Part shown: positions 62,822 through 64,000 of the stretch, piece by piece
How the letters are laid out: each line of letters begins with the position of its first letter
Position numbering within the stretch: the first letter of the stretch is position 1
NCBI GenBank assembly: GCA_963832165.1
Contig: CAWHTE010000002.1
Span: 320,001-384,000, forward strand
Length of the DNA: 64,000 bases
Direction of reading: 5' to 3'
Source of the DNA: an uncultured delta proteobacterium
Lineage (GTDB): Bacteria; Myxococcota_A; UBA9160; SMWR01
Notes under the pieces: model-generated
What the model was told of the DNA's origin: nothing
Databases searched by the model: none
The model's input: the letters and a program-made list of their open reading frames with translations, nothing else
Position numbers and translations under genes: made by a program

Positions 62822-63243
62822 GGGCGCCCCCCACACGCATCGTGCTCTACGACGGCGTGTGCGGCTTCTGCAACGGAAGCGTGCGCTGGCTGATCGACCA
62901 CGACCGCGGGGAGCGGCTCAGCTTCGCGCCGCTCCAGGGCGACACGGCTGCGGTGTTGCGCGCGCGCCATCCCGAGATCCCGACCGAGCTCGACACGATC
63001 GTGTTCGTCGAGGTGGCGGTTCCGTTTTCCGAGCGCGTCTGGCTGCGCTCGGCCGCCGTATTCCGCGTGCTGCGCGAGCTGCCCGCGCCGTGGTGCTGGC
63101 TCGCGCCGCTGCGCTGGCTCTTGCCGGGGCGGCTCTGGGACGTCGCCTATCATGCTTTTGCGAGCCGGCGCTACCGCTGGTTCGGTCAGCTCGAGGCGTG
63201 CCCGATTCCACCGCCGGCGCTGCGCGCGCGGTTTCTGGCTTAG
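62818..63243 (+). CDS. DCC1/DUF393 thiol-disulfide oxidoreductase family
   Basis: YDGVCGFCN, FAPLQ, RYRWFG. Confidence 0.9.
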   Translation: MRAPPTRIVLYDGVCGFCNGSVRWLIDHDRGERLSFAPLQGDTAAVLRARHPEIPTELDTIVFVEVAVPFSERVWLRSAAVFRVLRELPAPWCWLAPLRWLLPGRLWDVAYHAFASRRYRWFGQLEACPIPPPALRARFLA

Positions 63244-63293
63244 GAACGGGCGGATTCGAATCTGATTTTCGACTACATCGAGGTGGAACGGCC

Positions 63294-63716
63294 ATCTCCT
63301 CGCTTCTCACTCCTCTTCGTTACTTGTATTTCAGGATCTACTGTTGGCTCCTTCGACGCTGGGGGCCGGAGGACTATCCGGAGGTCAGCGCACTCATCGC
63401 GACAGCGCTCCTGTTGACACTTAACGTGATGAGCATCCCTGTAATCGTGAATGTGCTGGGCGGCCCAGCTCTCGCTGATCAAGTCTTTCGTCCATTGACC
63501 ATATTCGTTGGGATCGGCGCACTTCTGTTGGGGTACGTAACGCTATACCGTGATGGGAGTTACACGAAGATCGCTCGCGAGTTTCAGGATGAGAACGATG
63601 TCGCCCGTCGACGAGGCACCATCCTGGTCTGCGTGTACATCATTGCGTCTTTGGCTGCTTTCTATGGAGTCATGCTCGCGACGATTCCTGATCCGCCTCG
63701 CTCGTCAGAATCGTGA
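63294..63716 (+). CDS. Low-GC hypothetical membrane protein; no canonical start found
   Basis: Three or four hydrophobic segments; SD-like GAGGTGG then an in-frame ATC. Confidence 0.55.
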   Translation: MSSLLTPLRYLYFRIYCWLLRRWGPEDYPEVSALIATALLLTLNVMSIPVIVNVLGGPALADQVFRPLTIFVGIGALLLGYVTLYRDGSYTKIAREFQDENDVARRRGTILVCVYIIASLAAFYGVMLATIPDPPRSSES

Positions 63717-64000
63717 TGCCTTAAGCCATAAGCCGATGAGTAGGGCGGGAGAGCGAAGCGATCCCGCCGTGGAACGGACGCAATGGCGGGATCATCCCGC
63801 AGCGGTGCTCCGTCGTTGTGCAAGAGCAGCGGTGGCGGGATTCTCCCGCCCTACGCGTGGCGTGGCGGCTCAGTCGGCGCGCGGGACGTCGTTCCAGATC
63901 GCGCGCCACTGACTCGCGGCGGCCGTCGCGGCCTCGAGCGCGCTGTTGCCGAGCGCGAGGATCAGCTGTCCGCGCTGCGTCCCCCAACGCGGCGTGCGCA

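Overview
High-GC (roughly 70% by eye) bacterial chromosomal window, probably from a Myxococcota/deltaproteobacteria-like lineage (inference). About 1.3-22.2 kb is a phosphate-starvation island: ppk1, a PhoB-like regulator whose phospho-acceptor Asp is replaced by Glu, sixA, CYTH-CHAD, a TonB-dependent receptor preceded by a miniature copy of its own 5' end, a secreted beta-helix-like protein, a PEP-CTERM-like protein, a porin and pstSCAB-phoU, with Pho-box-like 11-bp repeats ahead of most units. Housekeeping genes follow (alkaline phosphatase, SMUG1, mlaFEDAC, metH, LPS kinase/GT4, FGE-domain protein, rhomboid, pfkB). About 45.5-51.6 kb is an integron cassette array with six attC sites, an attI-like end and no integrase in the window. 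It carries two different IS110/IS1111-family elements, one intact and one partial, inserted at attC sites. Their downstream non-coding regions contain guide-like matches to both target and donor junction, i.e. bridge/seek RNA candidates. The rest is bolA, prc, ahcY, apaG, SDR, an ExeM-like nuclease, LLM oxidoreductase, TrmH, GATase, ilvC and DCC1. Several single-base frameshifts suggest sequencing or assembly errors.
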